A stretch of 64,000 nucleotides of DNA, taken from the NCBI GenBank assembly GCA_051530055.1, contig CM121343.1, positions 3,938,389 through 4,002,388 on the forward strand. The letters are read 5' to 3'. The translations under genes were made by a program, and so were the position numbers. The notes under the pieces are model-generated. The model saw nothing but the letters and a program-made list of their open reading frames with translations, searched no databases and was not told the origin of the DNA. This DNA comes from Neoechinorhynchus agilis (taxonomy: Eukaryota > Animalia > Acanthocephala). This document shows, piece by piece, positions 37,248 to 49,994 of this stretch; within the stretch, counting starts at the first letter, position 1; every line of letters begins with the position of its first letter.

Positions 37248-38310
37248 ATGTGGATCTTCCATTACGTCCTATTGTTCACAATAAGCTTTAAAGAGACCCA
37301 GAACTCACCTACTGACATTTCATCTGCTTCTAATTCGTCAACAGTTCATTTCAACGAATCCGATTGCTTAAATTTGGCCTATGTTATTAATAACGAAGTC
37401 ACATCGCTCGCAAAATGTATGATCGATTCAGCAATGGATAATTCTTATAAAATCTGTACAATTTGTGTCCGCGATTATCTAAAAGTCTTGACGCGAGAAA
37501 GGCTTCTATCAAACGTAAGTTCTTTTTTTTACATCGATTTCTAATCCGTCATTTTAGGTAGTTCAAGAAACCAAAATACCATGCGAGACATTTTTGGCGG
37601 CGAAAATGGGTACACCCAGTATAATTACTGAACACATCAAGTTCTTTATGATGATGTGGGATAAATTTAAATGTCACGGTAAACATTTTAATATTTTAAG
37701 AGTTTCCTATATTTTCAAAAATCGTAAGATTGTATCGATGATGAGTTTGGGATACCGAATGCAATAACGACTCGAGATTTCAAGGCAATCGAAATGTTAG
37801 ATGAATGTGTTCAAAATTGTTCATTTGAGGTATTAATCATACTCTCGTATCGATCAATAGTTATTCTACCTTTCACTTAAGACGAGCACAAGTATGAGGA
37901 GAAAAACTAAGAAAGCTAGAGGCAATGTAGATTCCATTTTATTCTTTGCTTCATACGCTCGGTGCAATATACTTCATCGATCTCTTTTGGATACATTGGG
38001 GAATCCCAGAAAAGCTAAAAATCGATGTTTTGATCTTACGAACAGGTATAATGCCGTCACAAAGAAATGGATTGATTCGAGCTGTTATCGGGACTTGAGA
38101 GAGCATCGATTTTCATTCACCGCTTATTTTGTCGCTGCATCATTGATTTTGACTATAATATTTGTCATTGGCTACTCATGGCATCAATGTAAGCGCCGGA
38201 GTGCAGGTAAATGGCGCTTCTTTTGATAAGCAATCCCTCTTGTGTAACCTGTCAGCGGCGGCACCCGAGCACCTATAACCAATACAATCATCTATCGCAA
38301 TCTAACCCAT
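37248..38310 (+). CDS. OSTM1: Osteopetrosis-associated transmembrane protein 1-like, spliced
   Basis: Signal peptide MWIFHYVLLFTISF; Cys pattern C..CVRDY, W..FKC..C, CFDLTNRYN..TKKW...C; TM helix then basic tail; GT-AG introns near 37516, 37680, 37830. 3' end approximate. Confidence 0.7.
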
Positions 38311-41160
38311 CATAACCATCGATCTTTGTGTATTGTAGCCCATTGGTGACGACGGCAACGTTGATGCCATAACAATAAGACTGCATAAAAACCTATTGTA
38401 TTCTTCATTTAATGTTGTGCGCCACTCTTGTATCATTGCAGAGGTGGGTGAAAATGGTAGCTGCGAGTGTGTTATATTTCGCAATAAAATGATGCCCACA
38501 TTATGAGCAACTACTAAAACCTGATCTGACTACTTTAAGAAATGCAAGAAAATTGGAATTTTTGTTTAGGCTCGAAACGTTTCTGAAAGCGGACACTAAA
38601 TTATGCCAATAACTTTGATAAAAAGCGCTAATAACCGCACTGGAGAATCATTGTAATCCGAACAGTTATTGAGAAAATCAATACGGTGCATATTCGGATC
38701 TATAAATTTATGCACTCGATCCCTAGCGAACTTCTTCGCATCTATCGACCTCAGATTGGGATATTGCTTTTGTCAACGAAAATAAAAACACGGACTTGTA
38801 CTGGAAATTCCGAAGAGTTTAAGAGAATTTTGATTTTTTTATCTACACAACCATTTGATACGTCTAAGACTCGCAATATTCAAGAGCAATCCCAATGGCC
38901 GACGCTTCACGAAAAGAATCAACGCCTGCTCATGGAAAATAGTATCTTAAAGCAATAAAAAGAAATCTCATTCCAGAGTAATTCTGGGATGATCATAGTT
39001 GAACCTGCCTGCGCTTTATCATAGTAAAATTAAGATCCATCTCCGCTGATGGATTTAAGTGAAACAAAAATGAAATTATTAAGAACACCTTATGAGAAAG
39101 CAGAAAAAACAATCACATCCTTGCAGTACAACTTAACACCTACAGCTTTTTAAGAATCGAATGATATTTGAAGTTTCGGTACATAGTAAATGATTCAGAG
39201 ATTGTCCCGCATGTTCGATTGGTGATTTTTGATACGAAAATAATTGTTGGGGTTCGTCCAATAAAAATACGCCCGCAATTTCGATTGCCAAAAAAACTTT
39301 TCATGTCAAACAGGAAACATCGGTTCAATATTGGTATCTTCAGGATAGTACGCGAATATGTTGATTAAAGATTCAAATTCCATTCGAGAAGGCACATCAT
39401 CCGCAAATGTGACAAAAATGAACAGTGTTCACAATTTCCGGTTGCTCGTAACACGCAGCAAATGTGTAATCTAAGAAATGATAAGCTAAAGTGAGACCAG
39501 ACAAGTATACTTACCCAAGTCGTATCGATCACCAAACTTTGAATTATGGTGCCATTGTAGATGGAGCACACGTCGTTATTAGTCCTTTCGCAATGACATC
39601 TAAGAAGATTTGAGATGCGTGTGTAGAAGATGAGTGGATGCTATAGTAAATCACAAGTCGTAGACAGGTTGCTATCATACTCCATTAACGTCCCGAAACT
39701 GATCTAGTTTTCCGCTATTGACTGGTTGATTTAAGAAGCTACAAAGGTGGCACTAATACGAAATAGGATTACAAAAGGCGCGACTCATTGCCATCCACGT
39801 TTCACTTCTTCCAATCTAACACATTATCCGATCAATTTAGGCAAAACTCTTACAGACGAACACTATCTATCATCCTTGCAAAGTGCATGGTGTTGATAGT
39901 CTCATGAAATGCTACCTTTCTCTGCATCTGATGACAACAACGCCGCAGCCTAGTATACACCACCATTTTGTTTGCCTTTTATGAATCGATTAAAACAGAG
40001 AATGTACAATTCACCTCTTTGGAGGTTCTTGCATCGGCTAAGACTCCGGATAAAACGAACGAAATGTGACCCTGAAAATGATAATTTCTATGAGACACTT
40101 AGTCTAAGGTCGGATGATGAAGACGCTTGTGCGCCGTATTTAGGTGAGATTATAAAAAGGTTACCTTACTGACACATTGGGCTTTTGTCATTTTTAAAAA
40201 TCAGAACTTACAAGGTCTTCAACAGTACGAAGGAAAAAAACCTGGCACCAAAACGATTGTCCAAACAAACGTACCTCGAAAACGGAAAGCATCTTCACTC
40301 AAAGAAGTTTATCAGAGTATGTCGAACTTCAAAGGGCCTTTTCATTTGTACACCTCTATTCAGCTCAGTTCTCTTCCCGGACCTGTTCAGTTTACCGCCA
40401 ATCAGAGCTCTCGATGGAAAACCGATCGATTTCAATCATAACAATAGCCAAAAGCAAGGACATTATACCAACTTATACCAATTATGAATACCGATGCTCG
40501 GACATCAGGGTGACCACTCAATCATGATCCACACAAATTAAGATTTCATCAGCGAAAAATGCTAAAGATGTGAGAAATCTAAGTTGGCATCGGTCACTCA
40601 TTAGGTTCAAAACTAAGAATACCATAAAAACCCACTCTTTACGGTACTCGTCTTTTGCTACTGACTCACGCAATATCAGAATCAAAATAAGCCATCGAAC
40701 TAGTTAGCAATTCCATTTCGGTAATGAAGCGTCTTTTTGTCAATGAAGGACTTTGGATTTTGTTTTAAACCTAAAATTCCATGTGCTTAACTGTACTCAT
40801 TTGAAATCTGATTTTTGCGAAGAAACCCCATAGTCATTCTCAATCTGGCGTTAATTATTTCAAATATAACGGCTCTGTTGCGATATCCGGATTAAAATTT
40901 GTTATCAATCTTTTCCTGATAATCTTTTAAAGCTTCAAATTCGAAACACAAAAAACACAGCCTAGTTCTTTTAAAAGCAAAGCACCTTTTGTAGCTACAT
41001 TTTCTAAATTTACTTGTTAGATCTGCAACATAGACCTTGCGTATAATAGAAATATTTTTAATTAATCAGAAATTTATTAGAAACAAACCGACACACTACG
41101 TAAGTTAGTAGTCGTTAACTTTCTTAAAAACTATCCGGGGCATTTTTAGTAGCCTTTAAT

Positions 41161-41465
41161 AATGGTAGGATTATTTCAATGTGTGGCCTTTTATCACACG
41201 GCTAATAATTTTTGGGCACACAGCCCACTGATTTGGTTCGTAGAAGTAATTCAATTACTCAATGCACTGAACCATCCGGCACGAGTTTGTACATTCCTCC
41301 GGATCCTCAGATACCTCCAGGAGGCGGGACTCATCAGTGAATTTCCCCCCCCCCCTTCAGCGGTATTTCGTCCCCTTTGGTTGTGCGTCATTGGTGGTAA
41401 CGGATTTGAACCACTTGACCCTTAATCGGGATCAGGGACACTAGTCCACTTAACCACCTCGACAC
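41161..41465 (-). mobile_element. tRNA-derived hammerhead-SINE, copy C (most complete)
   Basis: Head gtgtcgaggtggttaagtggactagtg...ggttcaaatccgtt, intact hammerhead 41306-41375, tail ending ggccacacattgaaataatcc. Confidence 0.87.
41306..41375 (-). ncRNA. Non-circularly permuted hammerhead ribozyme (copy C, all stems pairable)
   Basis: GGGAC-GAAA-UACC; UUCA-CUGAUGA-GUCCC; GGUA-U-C-UGAG. Stem II 5 bp, stem III 5 bp including A15.1-U16.1, stem I 4 bp; predicted cleavage between 41310 and 41309. Confidence 0.78.
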
Positions 41466-42294
41466 AACGACGGAATGTACAATCTCAGCCATCGCGTTTG
41501 GCATCTTTATAACAAAAAGCGGTTCAATCCCTTTCGCCAGCTTTATTCAATGTAAGAAGTTTCGTCATATCGACTGACAATCTATTTTCAAAATTCCTGT
41601 TTACTTCTTTGGATATCACACAATTTTAGACTTTTTAAATTTTTTAATTATTCTACAAGTAACCTTTAAATCTTGAACAAAGCAATTACCGTAACTTTAA
41701 AAGACGCTATAATTTATATGAATATTGGAGTGCTCAATAGCACCACATCGTCTTTCAGCGATAAACACGAAGAAGATTTCATTATTTCAATTGCTTCCTT
41801 ATTGAGGCTTTCAAATTTAAACGATGCCAAACGACAACATCGCAAAACGCACAATGAGTCAGCTAATTGCGGCAAACATTTAGGCTTAAACTATGGCCCA
41901 TCAGAATTGTTTTAAAGATTGAGAGCAACCATTTCGACTATAGTTTGAAAGATGAGCATTGGCACAAAATTTGAACGCCGACTATTACGACCGAATATTT
42001 TGATCGTTTTCATCTCTTAATATGATTTTCAAATCAGTATTTTGAATTCAACTGTAAAAAGTAATTTATTTTTTGCTTACTCAATAGAAGTGTCTAATGG
42101 GCAAAGCTTTCCTTATTGAACCGTTTAATTCTCGGAAATACCGGATGTTAATGCCGTACACTCTTCTCGGAACTAATCCTAGTCTTGAATTATACCAACC
42201 CCTTTGTTTTAAGGGCATTGACGAGCTCACGGTTAAAACAGATCAGGCTAAAAATTGCAAACAGTTCAACCAAAATTCATTAGCCCATCTCAAA

Positions 42295-42461
42295 GCGTCC
42301 TCCGGATTCTCAGATACCTACAGGAGGCAGACTCATCAGTGAGTTTCCTCCCTTCAGCAGTATTTCGTCCCCTTTGATGTGCGTCATCGGTGGCAACGGA
42401 TTCAAACCCGTTGACTCTTAACTGGGACTTGGAGCATTAGTCCACGTGACCACCTCAGCAC
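42295..42461 (-). mobile_element. tRNA-derived hammerhead-SINE, copy D (head + intact core, tail absent)
   Basis: gtgctgaggtggtcacgtgg...gggtttgaatcc; CUGAUGA at 42333-42339, GAAA at 42363-42366, C17 at 42313. Confidence 0.85.
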
Positions 42462-42479
42462 ACTGCGGAATCTACAAAC

Positions 42480-43080
42480 TTCGCCACTTTAGCCTGGATA
42501 AGCTTTACGATTTTTTTAGAATTTTTATGTGCCTTAGCCCGTGTCTTTTGATAGATATTTTTTCCATACACTGTCGAATAGACAGTCAGTCCACCGATTT
42601 TTGGTCTAGGAAGCGCTGGTCTGTGCACAATGCCCCAAGACCGTACGGTTATAGGTTTCTACATCCCTCCGGATTCTCAGATACCTCCAGGAGGCGGGAC
42701 TCATCAGTGAGTTTCCTCCCTTCATCAGTATCTCGTCCCCTTTGATGTGCGTCATCGGTGGTAACGGATTCGAACCCGTAGCGCAAACCAGCGCTTCCCA
42801 GACCAAAAATCGGTGGACTGACGGTCCATTCGGCAGTGCATGGAAAAAATATCTACCAAAAGACTACCGGCTGCGCCACTCATAAGAATGCTTAAATCGG
42901 AAAGCTTGTCCAGGCTGAGTCCCGCCTCTACATCCCTCCGGATTCTCAGATACCTCCAGGAGGCACAAACTTATAACCGTACGGTCTTGGGGCATTGAGC
43001 GCAGACCAGCGCTTCCCAGACCAAAAATCGGTGGACTGACTGTCCATTATGCCGTGTATGGAAAAAAATCTATCAAAAGT
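42480..43080. mobile_element. Hammerhead-SINE copy E (-, 5'-truncated, GAAA changed to GAGA) plus inverted, rearranged fragments
   Basis: 42480-42780 minus-strand copy beginning at B-box acgggttcgaatcc; plus-strand tail pieces at 42781-42920 and 42965-43080; minus-strand piece at about 42928-42964. Confidence 0.8.
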
Positions 43081-43194
43081 TAACTTGTTTAACATTTTCC
43101 AGCCGAATTATTAAGTTTTGTTTTATAAAAAATGGACACTTAAAAGAGGGCTGTTGCAATGATTTTAGAAAAATCTTTATTATAATAATAACAC

Positions 43195-44045
43195 TTTTAT
43201 TTGCTAGCTAACAAAGAAAAGGACCCATGTATCTTTGGGTCCTCATAAAAACTCTGATTTTGATTTGTTCAATGAATGCGGTTGTTTATTTTGGAGTAGA
43301 CTACGGTTTCAGTCGGGTTGGAAGGTTTGTTCGGACGGGGATTGGTGGTTATTGTTTACAGGAGAGCATCGGTCTTTCCTCATGTTCATTTCGAGTCATG
43401 ATATCCAAGGAGATTTGGCAGTATGGAAAAAGGAGCGGAGTGAAGTTGTGGGAAGGATGAAATGAATTGGGATTTGAAATTCGGGAGGCAAACTCACGGG
43501 TTTAATCGTTGACGGAAATAACACGTTTATTTCTTAATCCAAAAAAATAGGACCAATGTCCTCGTTTAGGTCCTCACAAAAACACTCGATTTTTGATAGA
43601 TTAAATGAATGCGGTTGTTGATTATGGAGTGGATCACGGGTTCGGTAAGATTCGAAAGTCGGCGGTTATTCTTATGAGGTTGGGTCTTTCCTCCTTTTCA
43701 TTTCGGTAGATGGTATGGAATAATGAGAGGGGCGGTAGGGAGAGGATGAAATGAATTGGGATTTGAAATTCGGGAAGCAAACTCACGGGTTTAATCGTTG
43801 AAGGGAATAACACGTTTATTTCTTAATCCAAAAAAGAATAGGACAAATTTCCTCGTTTAGGTCCTCACAAAAACACTCGATTTCTGATAGATTAAATGAA
43901 TGTTGATTATGGAGTGGATCACGGTTTCGAAAGTCGGTGGTTATTCTTATGACGTTGGGTCTTTCCTCCTTTTCATTTCGGTTGATAGTATGGAAAAATG
44001 AGAGGGGCGGTTGGGAGAGGATGAAATGAATTGGGATTACGATCG
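43195..44045 (-). repeat. Three tandem copies (about 290-300 bp) of the L2/CR1-like 3' end
   Basis: ggatgaaatgaattgggatt ends each unit (about 43475, 43765, 44040); ggtcctcaYaaaaac and gaatgcggttg repeat. Confidence 0.8.
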
Positions 44046-44242
44046 TTTTGCTCATGTGAAAAGGGAACGACTTTATAGTTCCTGTTTTTAGAGGCACTGA
44101 TGGTTCCTCTGCCGATGAAAATTGGCAAATTATTCGTTCTAATTGCTGAGTTTTACGCAAATAAACACAAACTACGATGTTTTCCCGTTGATTAACGGAC
44201 AAGCTCTGGCTTCTACATTGAATTGAGATCTCCAAACTTTCA

Positions 44243-44370
44243 CCGTCTTACGGCTTGAGCTCAAGAATCGTTTAAGTGTTTTATTTGCAATTAATTCCCG
44301 ACGGAGCCGTAAGACGGCGAAAGCTCGAGAATAAAGGTATTTTTCTAAAATCATTACAACAGCCATCCCT
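44243..44370 (+). repeat. Decayed Penelope-type minimal hammerhead-like motif with a short inverted duplicate
   Basis: attccc-gacgga-gccg-taaga-cggc-GAAA-gctc-gagaat-aaa (44294-44335); inverted ccgtcttacggct at about 44243-44255. Confidence 0.5.
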
Positions 44371-45389
44371 CAAATATCCGCATTTTATAAAGCAGAACTA
44401 AGTTTGAAAAATCCATAAAAGTTCCTCAAAATGTCCAGAAGAAATTATGCAAACAGCACCAATTTAGAATTTTGGTGAACATGGTCCAGGATATGGCATA
44501 TTTTATTTATTTGAAATACCTCGGCTCAACACGAAGAAAAGATTCTTTTGATAGTTTCGCCACCCTGGATTTCTTTCTGATATTTCAAGTCGGACATTGT
44601 TAAAGTGTTTATTGCGGAACTTTAACAATGACAAACCTTATTAATGTCGGGATTATCGGGGAAATAAATCAGTGAACTTAAATCAGAGATGGGAAAACTA
44701 CGCAAGGAATATTTTAAGTTTTACTGACAAGCCGGTTTGTTTCATATCATCATTATCTTTTAGTTAATGCCTTAAAAAATAAGCTGAGCAGAAGGGACAA
44801 ATTAAGATTTAATAAGGTCAAGTTGTTGCTTTGGGTGGATAGTATGATTGTTTTTGTGACGTCTCTCACCAAACATTTATTTGATCGAATTTTCGAGACT
44901 CGCCGGTATCCTCTTCAGGTGTTGTCAACATCTAAAACACAAACAAGCGCTCGCTCAACCCCAGGTCAGCCGCGAAATATTTGAATATGTCACAAAAAAT
45001 TCTAATTTGATTATCCTGAAAGATTTTTTCTGTCGATAACACCAAAATTGCTCAATATTCCACTATAAAATCAATGCGCTAAAAAAACGCTAATATATAA
45101 AAGATGACAACGTTAATAACGACGATACACATCAGGGTTATGAAAATCGCACGGAAGAAATTAATTATTTAATTAGGTATTTCGCTTTTGTTAGTTTTGA
45201 ATGTAATTAAGTTTTTTTACGAGTTTTGGGGTGTGATTTTTTGCGGTTTTTTTAATTAGGTAGATTTAAATCGAGCGGGGAATTTAAGTTGCAATTTTCG
45301 TATTTTATTGAATATAATGTTTTTGCGAGTGTTCGCGGTACGCATAGATAGCGACAATAATCGATAATTGGTATTAAAACCCGTTACGA

Positions 45390-46205
45390 TGCCGATCGAT
45401 TGGAGCGATGAACATTCATCATGTCCCGATTTTGAGTGGTCCACGTATGTTTCGGTATATGAGATTCGTATTCGATTTTTCTTTAGTGAGTCGGAACGGA
45501 TCTTGGAAAAGTTATTTGCAGAGTGTTCAGCACAAATGCGCAGAAAAACTGTCAAAAGCGGTGATCTTGAAGTTGAAATTCGTCAGGAGATGAAACAGTT
45601 AAGTTTAATGTCAGTGAACTCTTTTTTTTCACTTTGTTTATACTTAAGATATTGCGTTTCTTTAAGAGAGAATTATAGGAATGGGAAAAGATCTCGTATC
45701 TCGTTCATAATGAGTAATAACATGGATTTCGATAACATGCTGAGGTATCTACGACTTTTTCCGTGATTTTTGAACGAAACCAAATTTTTTTAGGTATATA
45801 GAGCATAATATCGATGAAATAAAGCGAAGATCGGTTGTCATTGCTAAAGCTAAAATGAATGAATCGTATAGACTACTTAGTGTACTATTTCCTAAAAAAA
45901 TACTCGAACAATATAGTGATGCTCCCGTGCCTCCAGAAAAATTTCGAAAATTTAGCCGAAGAGCCTTCGATGACAATATGAAAAAATTCAAAAAGAATAT
46001 TTACATTTTTTTGAATAGACACGTCTCTCAAGATAAACTTCGATTTACAGGGATATTCGTTAACAATTATTGGAAGAAATTGTTAGCACAGGCAGAAGAG
46101 AGAAAAATGAAGGAGATTGTTGGAAAGACGCAAGAAGACGATTTGAGCTGGAAAGTTGATAGTGATGATGATGATGATGATGATTGTCAAGTGATCTCCG
46201 TATAA
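45390..46205 (+). CDS. Unknown spliced protein with acidic C-terminus
   Basis: ORFs 45368-45766 and 45855-46205 with plausible short introns; ends SDDDDDDDCQVISV; no family recognised. Confidence 0.45.
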
Positions 46206-46880
46206 ACATCGTTAAGACTTAAATGTTCCCAGGAAAAGGTATCATGCACTTTTAATCGACATAAATGAACAAAAAATAGTAATAATCGAATTTTAACGAT
46301 CACTTAAATTTGTAGCAAATTTTTTATCAATTCATCGAGAACTCATCGTCCAACGCGATTACTTATCGATTTCTAACAATGTTTTCTACCATTTTCTTTG
46401 CAATCCGTAACTCGATAAAATTATCTAAATGAATCACAGTAACGTTCTTTGTTTTGTATTAAAAGTCAAAAATATCCATTAAATCTACCAATAAACTTTC
46501 TGATACTGCAATAAGTTTCAAACGATAAGTGATGTGATGGGTAAAAGTAGAACTTAGGAGATTTCCCAAATTGAATGCAACGCTGATTATATCTGGTATT
46601 AGAGCTATAAAATCCACGGTTCAGTTTAAAACATTTTCATTTTTGGTGCAATCTGTCTTAAATATTGAACAGAGTTCGATGGATACTTTGATCCGCTTTA
46701 AGGCTCATTTTGACTATTCGTCATTTCTCAGTCTCCTTATTGTTTTGGCGTCAACCGATAAAATCCGGAAATGCACTTCATGATTATAAAATGGTATAGA
46801 TTGCTCATAATTATCGTTCATGTTAGTACAAAATAGCATATTCTGTAAATCTCGCACAATAAAAGACGGCTTTTGTGACT

Positions 46881-49302
46881 TTATAGCATAGGATCAGTCG
46901 AACATCCTCTTATGAACTCTTGACCATGTTCGTGTAACCATCGATTTGCAACTATTAAAGGTTCGATTTTGAAGGAAATTCATGATTTGAGGACGTATAC
47001 CGACCCCATTTCGTCCCAAAAAGGACAGGGCACGCAGCGTGGCGTGTTCGGTAATCTCCATAGCCGCTTCTGAACATATTAAACCAAGTTACAGCAGATC
47101 CCTAAATTTAAATAGTTAAAGCGTTTTCGGCCAAAAGGTTAAAACCTTTCTAGGTAAAACTCGTGCATGGACAGGCGTAAAAACAGTTGATCCTCCCTTT
47201 TCGACGTCAGTTAACTAGAATGTAGAGCAAAATTGAGGTCGAATAAATATGTGAATTTACAAAAATATTCTTACGTAAGTAAGCCAAGTTGCAACGCGAT
47301 TTCCATCAGCGAAAATTGAGTTTTCCGATCTCTATACGAGAAGATTTCACTCACTGAAATGTGAAGAGTTAAAAAGCGTATAATTTGACGGCATTTTCAA
47401 TTCTGCAAAGTTTTAAAGCTCTTCTTGGGGCCATGTTGAGTTAAAGTTTTTAAATTAATATACAGATTTGAAAAATGAACATCGCACATCTTACCCTTGA
47501 GAAATCATAATGCGGCTCATAATGTCCACCGACTCCATAATTTTGAACTTGAAGCATTTCAGCAGAAGATACAGTCAAATTCATTAGGTTTACCATGAGA
47601 CGAGATAATTTAGCGACTGCTGGGTGGTCTTCGTCCTTTAGCCAACAACTTAAACAATTAAAGATTTTATGAGACACCTGACAAAATTAAATTGCCTTAC
47701 AGTTTGCTGATTCTATATTGAGCAGGTTCCAGTTTAGATGTTAGCGGATTGTGAATTAATGCTCGTTCAAGATATGGTTCGGATTTTCTCTTTAGAGCAT
47801 CGATATCTTTATCAGTAAGTACTTCATGGTACATGACAATCTTTGGTTCGTCAAATACTTCTTCTTCCTTTATCGGCTGTAACCTCAGCTCAGGTTTATT
47901 GTTATCCCGATACCTACACATGAGCTTGGAAAGCCTGCTCTCGTCAAGCTGGATGGATTTTCGATCGGATAGAGTATTATTTAATAAGAGATATAAAAAT
48001 ACCAACCATTAGACCTTCACCTCTACATAACGTTTCGTAATCTTGCTTCTCTTGTAAGCCATCCTGTGGACGTTCATTTGAGACTTGATGCAGTACTTTT
48101 TCTAAGTCGTAATCACTTTTTGAGGACATAATTTCCGCGATCTTGTTTTCGAAGAATTCTTTATTTATCTTCGCTCGTTCATGATTCGGATCACGAGAGA
48201 GTAACTCATTTGTTGTATTGAGAGCATGACCAATATTTCCTTGCTGCATTATAAATAATGTCCGATATTCGTATCCTGGGCTTATGAACTCACTTTAAAT
48301 GTGGTAAACGATATGTAATCCAAAATTAACTTCAAGTCAATCGTCGGTATTGCCTCTCTCTCAAGCTCTTTTATACTTGCATTAAACCAGTCCAGGGCGT
48401 GGTAAAAATCCTCGTTGGAATATGCATTAAATCCGACTTCAAAGTACTCGGCAGCTTTAAAAAAATTTATAGGTTGATTTGAAATCAATTCGCTTACCAG
48501 TCAAAGGTCTGTTTGAATACTTTTTGCTTAAGTTACCTGAACCTAATTCATAGGATGAAATCGCATAAGTGTCTTGAAGCCTAAAAATTCCGTCTACGAC
48601 GCCCAAATAATCGCTGTCGTCAGGAAAATTGAATTGCTTTTCCAGATTATCGAAAATCCCTTTATGACCAATAGAGTAATATTTATGGTATTTGCATCTT
48701 ACCTTCTTTTCTATCGATGTACTCTTGCATGCGAGCCTTGTCCTTAGTCAACACTTTCACAATTAAAAGTTGGTTTATCGGATTTCCGGCATACACTTCT
48801 CTGTCCGTGATATTTTTTATCTCATTTTCAAGAGCAGTTAAGAGTCTAAATGAAAAAGGCAATTGTCTTGATTTGCTCGCTACATTCACTATTTCTTAAA
48901 CTCCTTTTCATGTGGATGAACTTTTTAGCGACACAAAACAATTTTTAACGGATCATTGGATTGCAGTTGTACGTAAATTCATACGAACAATCTTAGGTAG
49001 CTATAGGGAAAATACCATATATACTTTTCAAAAAATCCTGTGGTGAAGATAATCTCGGTTAAAAATCATTTTGTTGTTTTGAGGCAAAATCAAGGTTTAT
49101 GTAATGTGCATACTTACTCTTTAAGTTGCTTTGTCTTGGAATACTCGTCATGGGTCACATTTCGAACATGATCCAGCATCACTTTTTGCAATTCCATTAA
49201 ACCTTCCAATTGCTTATACGATGCAAAAATGTCCTTACAGTTGAAAGTACGGTACAACAAGAGCAATGATAGAATTATCTGAGTTATTGAAATGAATCCC
49301 AT
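46881..49302 (-). CDS. P4HA1: Prolyl 4-hydroxylase subunit alpha, multi-exon
   Basis: Signal peptide; NPINQLLIVKVL; DPNHERAKINK; YETLCRGE; LQVQNYGVGGHYEPHYDF; TRHAACPVL; VANRWLHEHGQEF.R.C; stop TAA 46881-46883. Paralog number is nominal. Confidence 0.95.
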
Positions 49303-49994
49303 CTTTGTTTTTAAGTCTCACGAAATTTGATTCGAATATCTGTCAATTTCGGTGCAAATCGCGAATACTTTTGCGCCTATAGTTGCACGAATGCGAAGAT
49401 AAATGATGTCGCAACAATATGCAAGCTATGGGAATCCTAGGGTGGCAACTAGAAGATGTCTTTACACCGACTTGGAAGGGTCCACACAGTCGCAGCAATG
49501 ACATTATGCATCCCGGCAAAGTTTGTGCACCGTGTTAGCAAAGCACACATAGTCTTGAATGATCTGGGACTATATGAATAATGCTACTTAACCGTCTCCA
49601 CAGTTATTGGGAGAAGTGTATTAGTGTTTATCTGGGAACTAGGAAGGATAAAATATGGGTTGTCACATATGAACTCGGTGGATATGTTATTAGATTTGCG
49701 CCATTCTCCGTTATTCTTTATTGCCGCTTGATTTTGTGGTGCTTCCGATTATTGCAATTGGTCGTCAATACTTTTCGTATTTCGTTTTAGTATCCCTTCA
49801 ACATAAATGAAGAATACTAAAAAATAAAGCCCCTTTCAATAAAAAATATTGCTTTATATCTTTCTACTTTTCTTATAACCGTTCAATAGTATCTCGCATA
49901 TTTGATTATCGGCGTAGGAATTTGCTACTCGATGGCCGCAGACCGTATGGTGTCACAGTATTCCCGTGGCGAGAAGGAAAATGCATTCTCTGGG

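Noticed and set aside
38300-39660. Spliced minus-strand gene
   Set aside because: One plausible exon (CHCERTNNDVCSIYNG...TTW, gtaagt donor) but the following exon has stops in all frames; not enough support to call.
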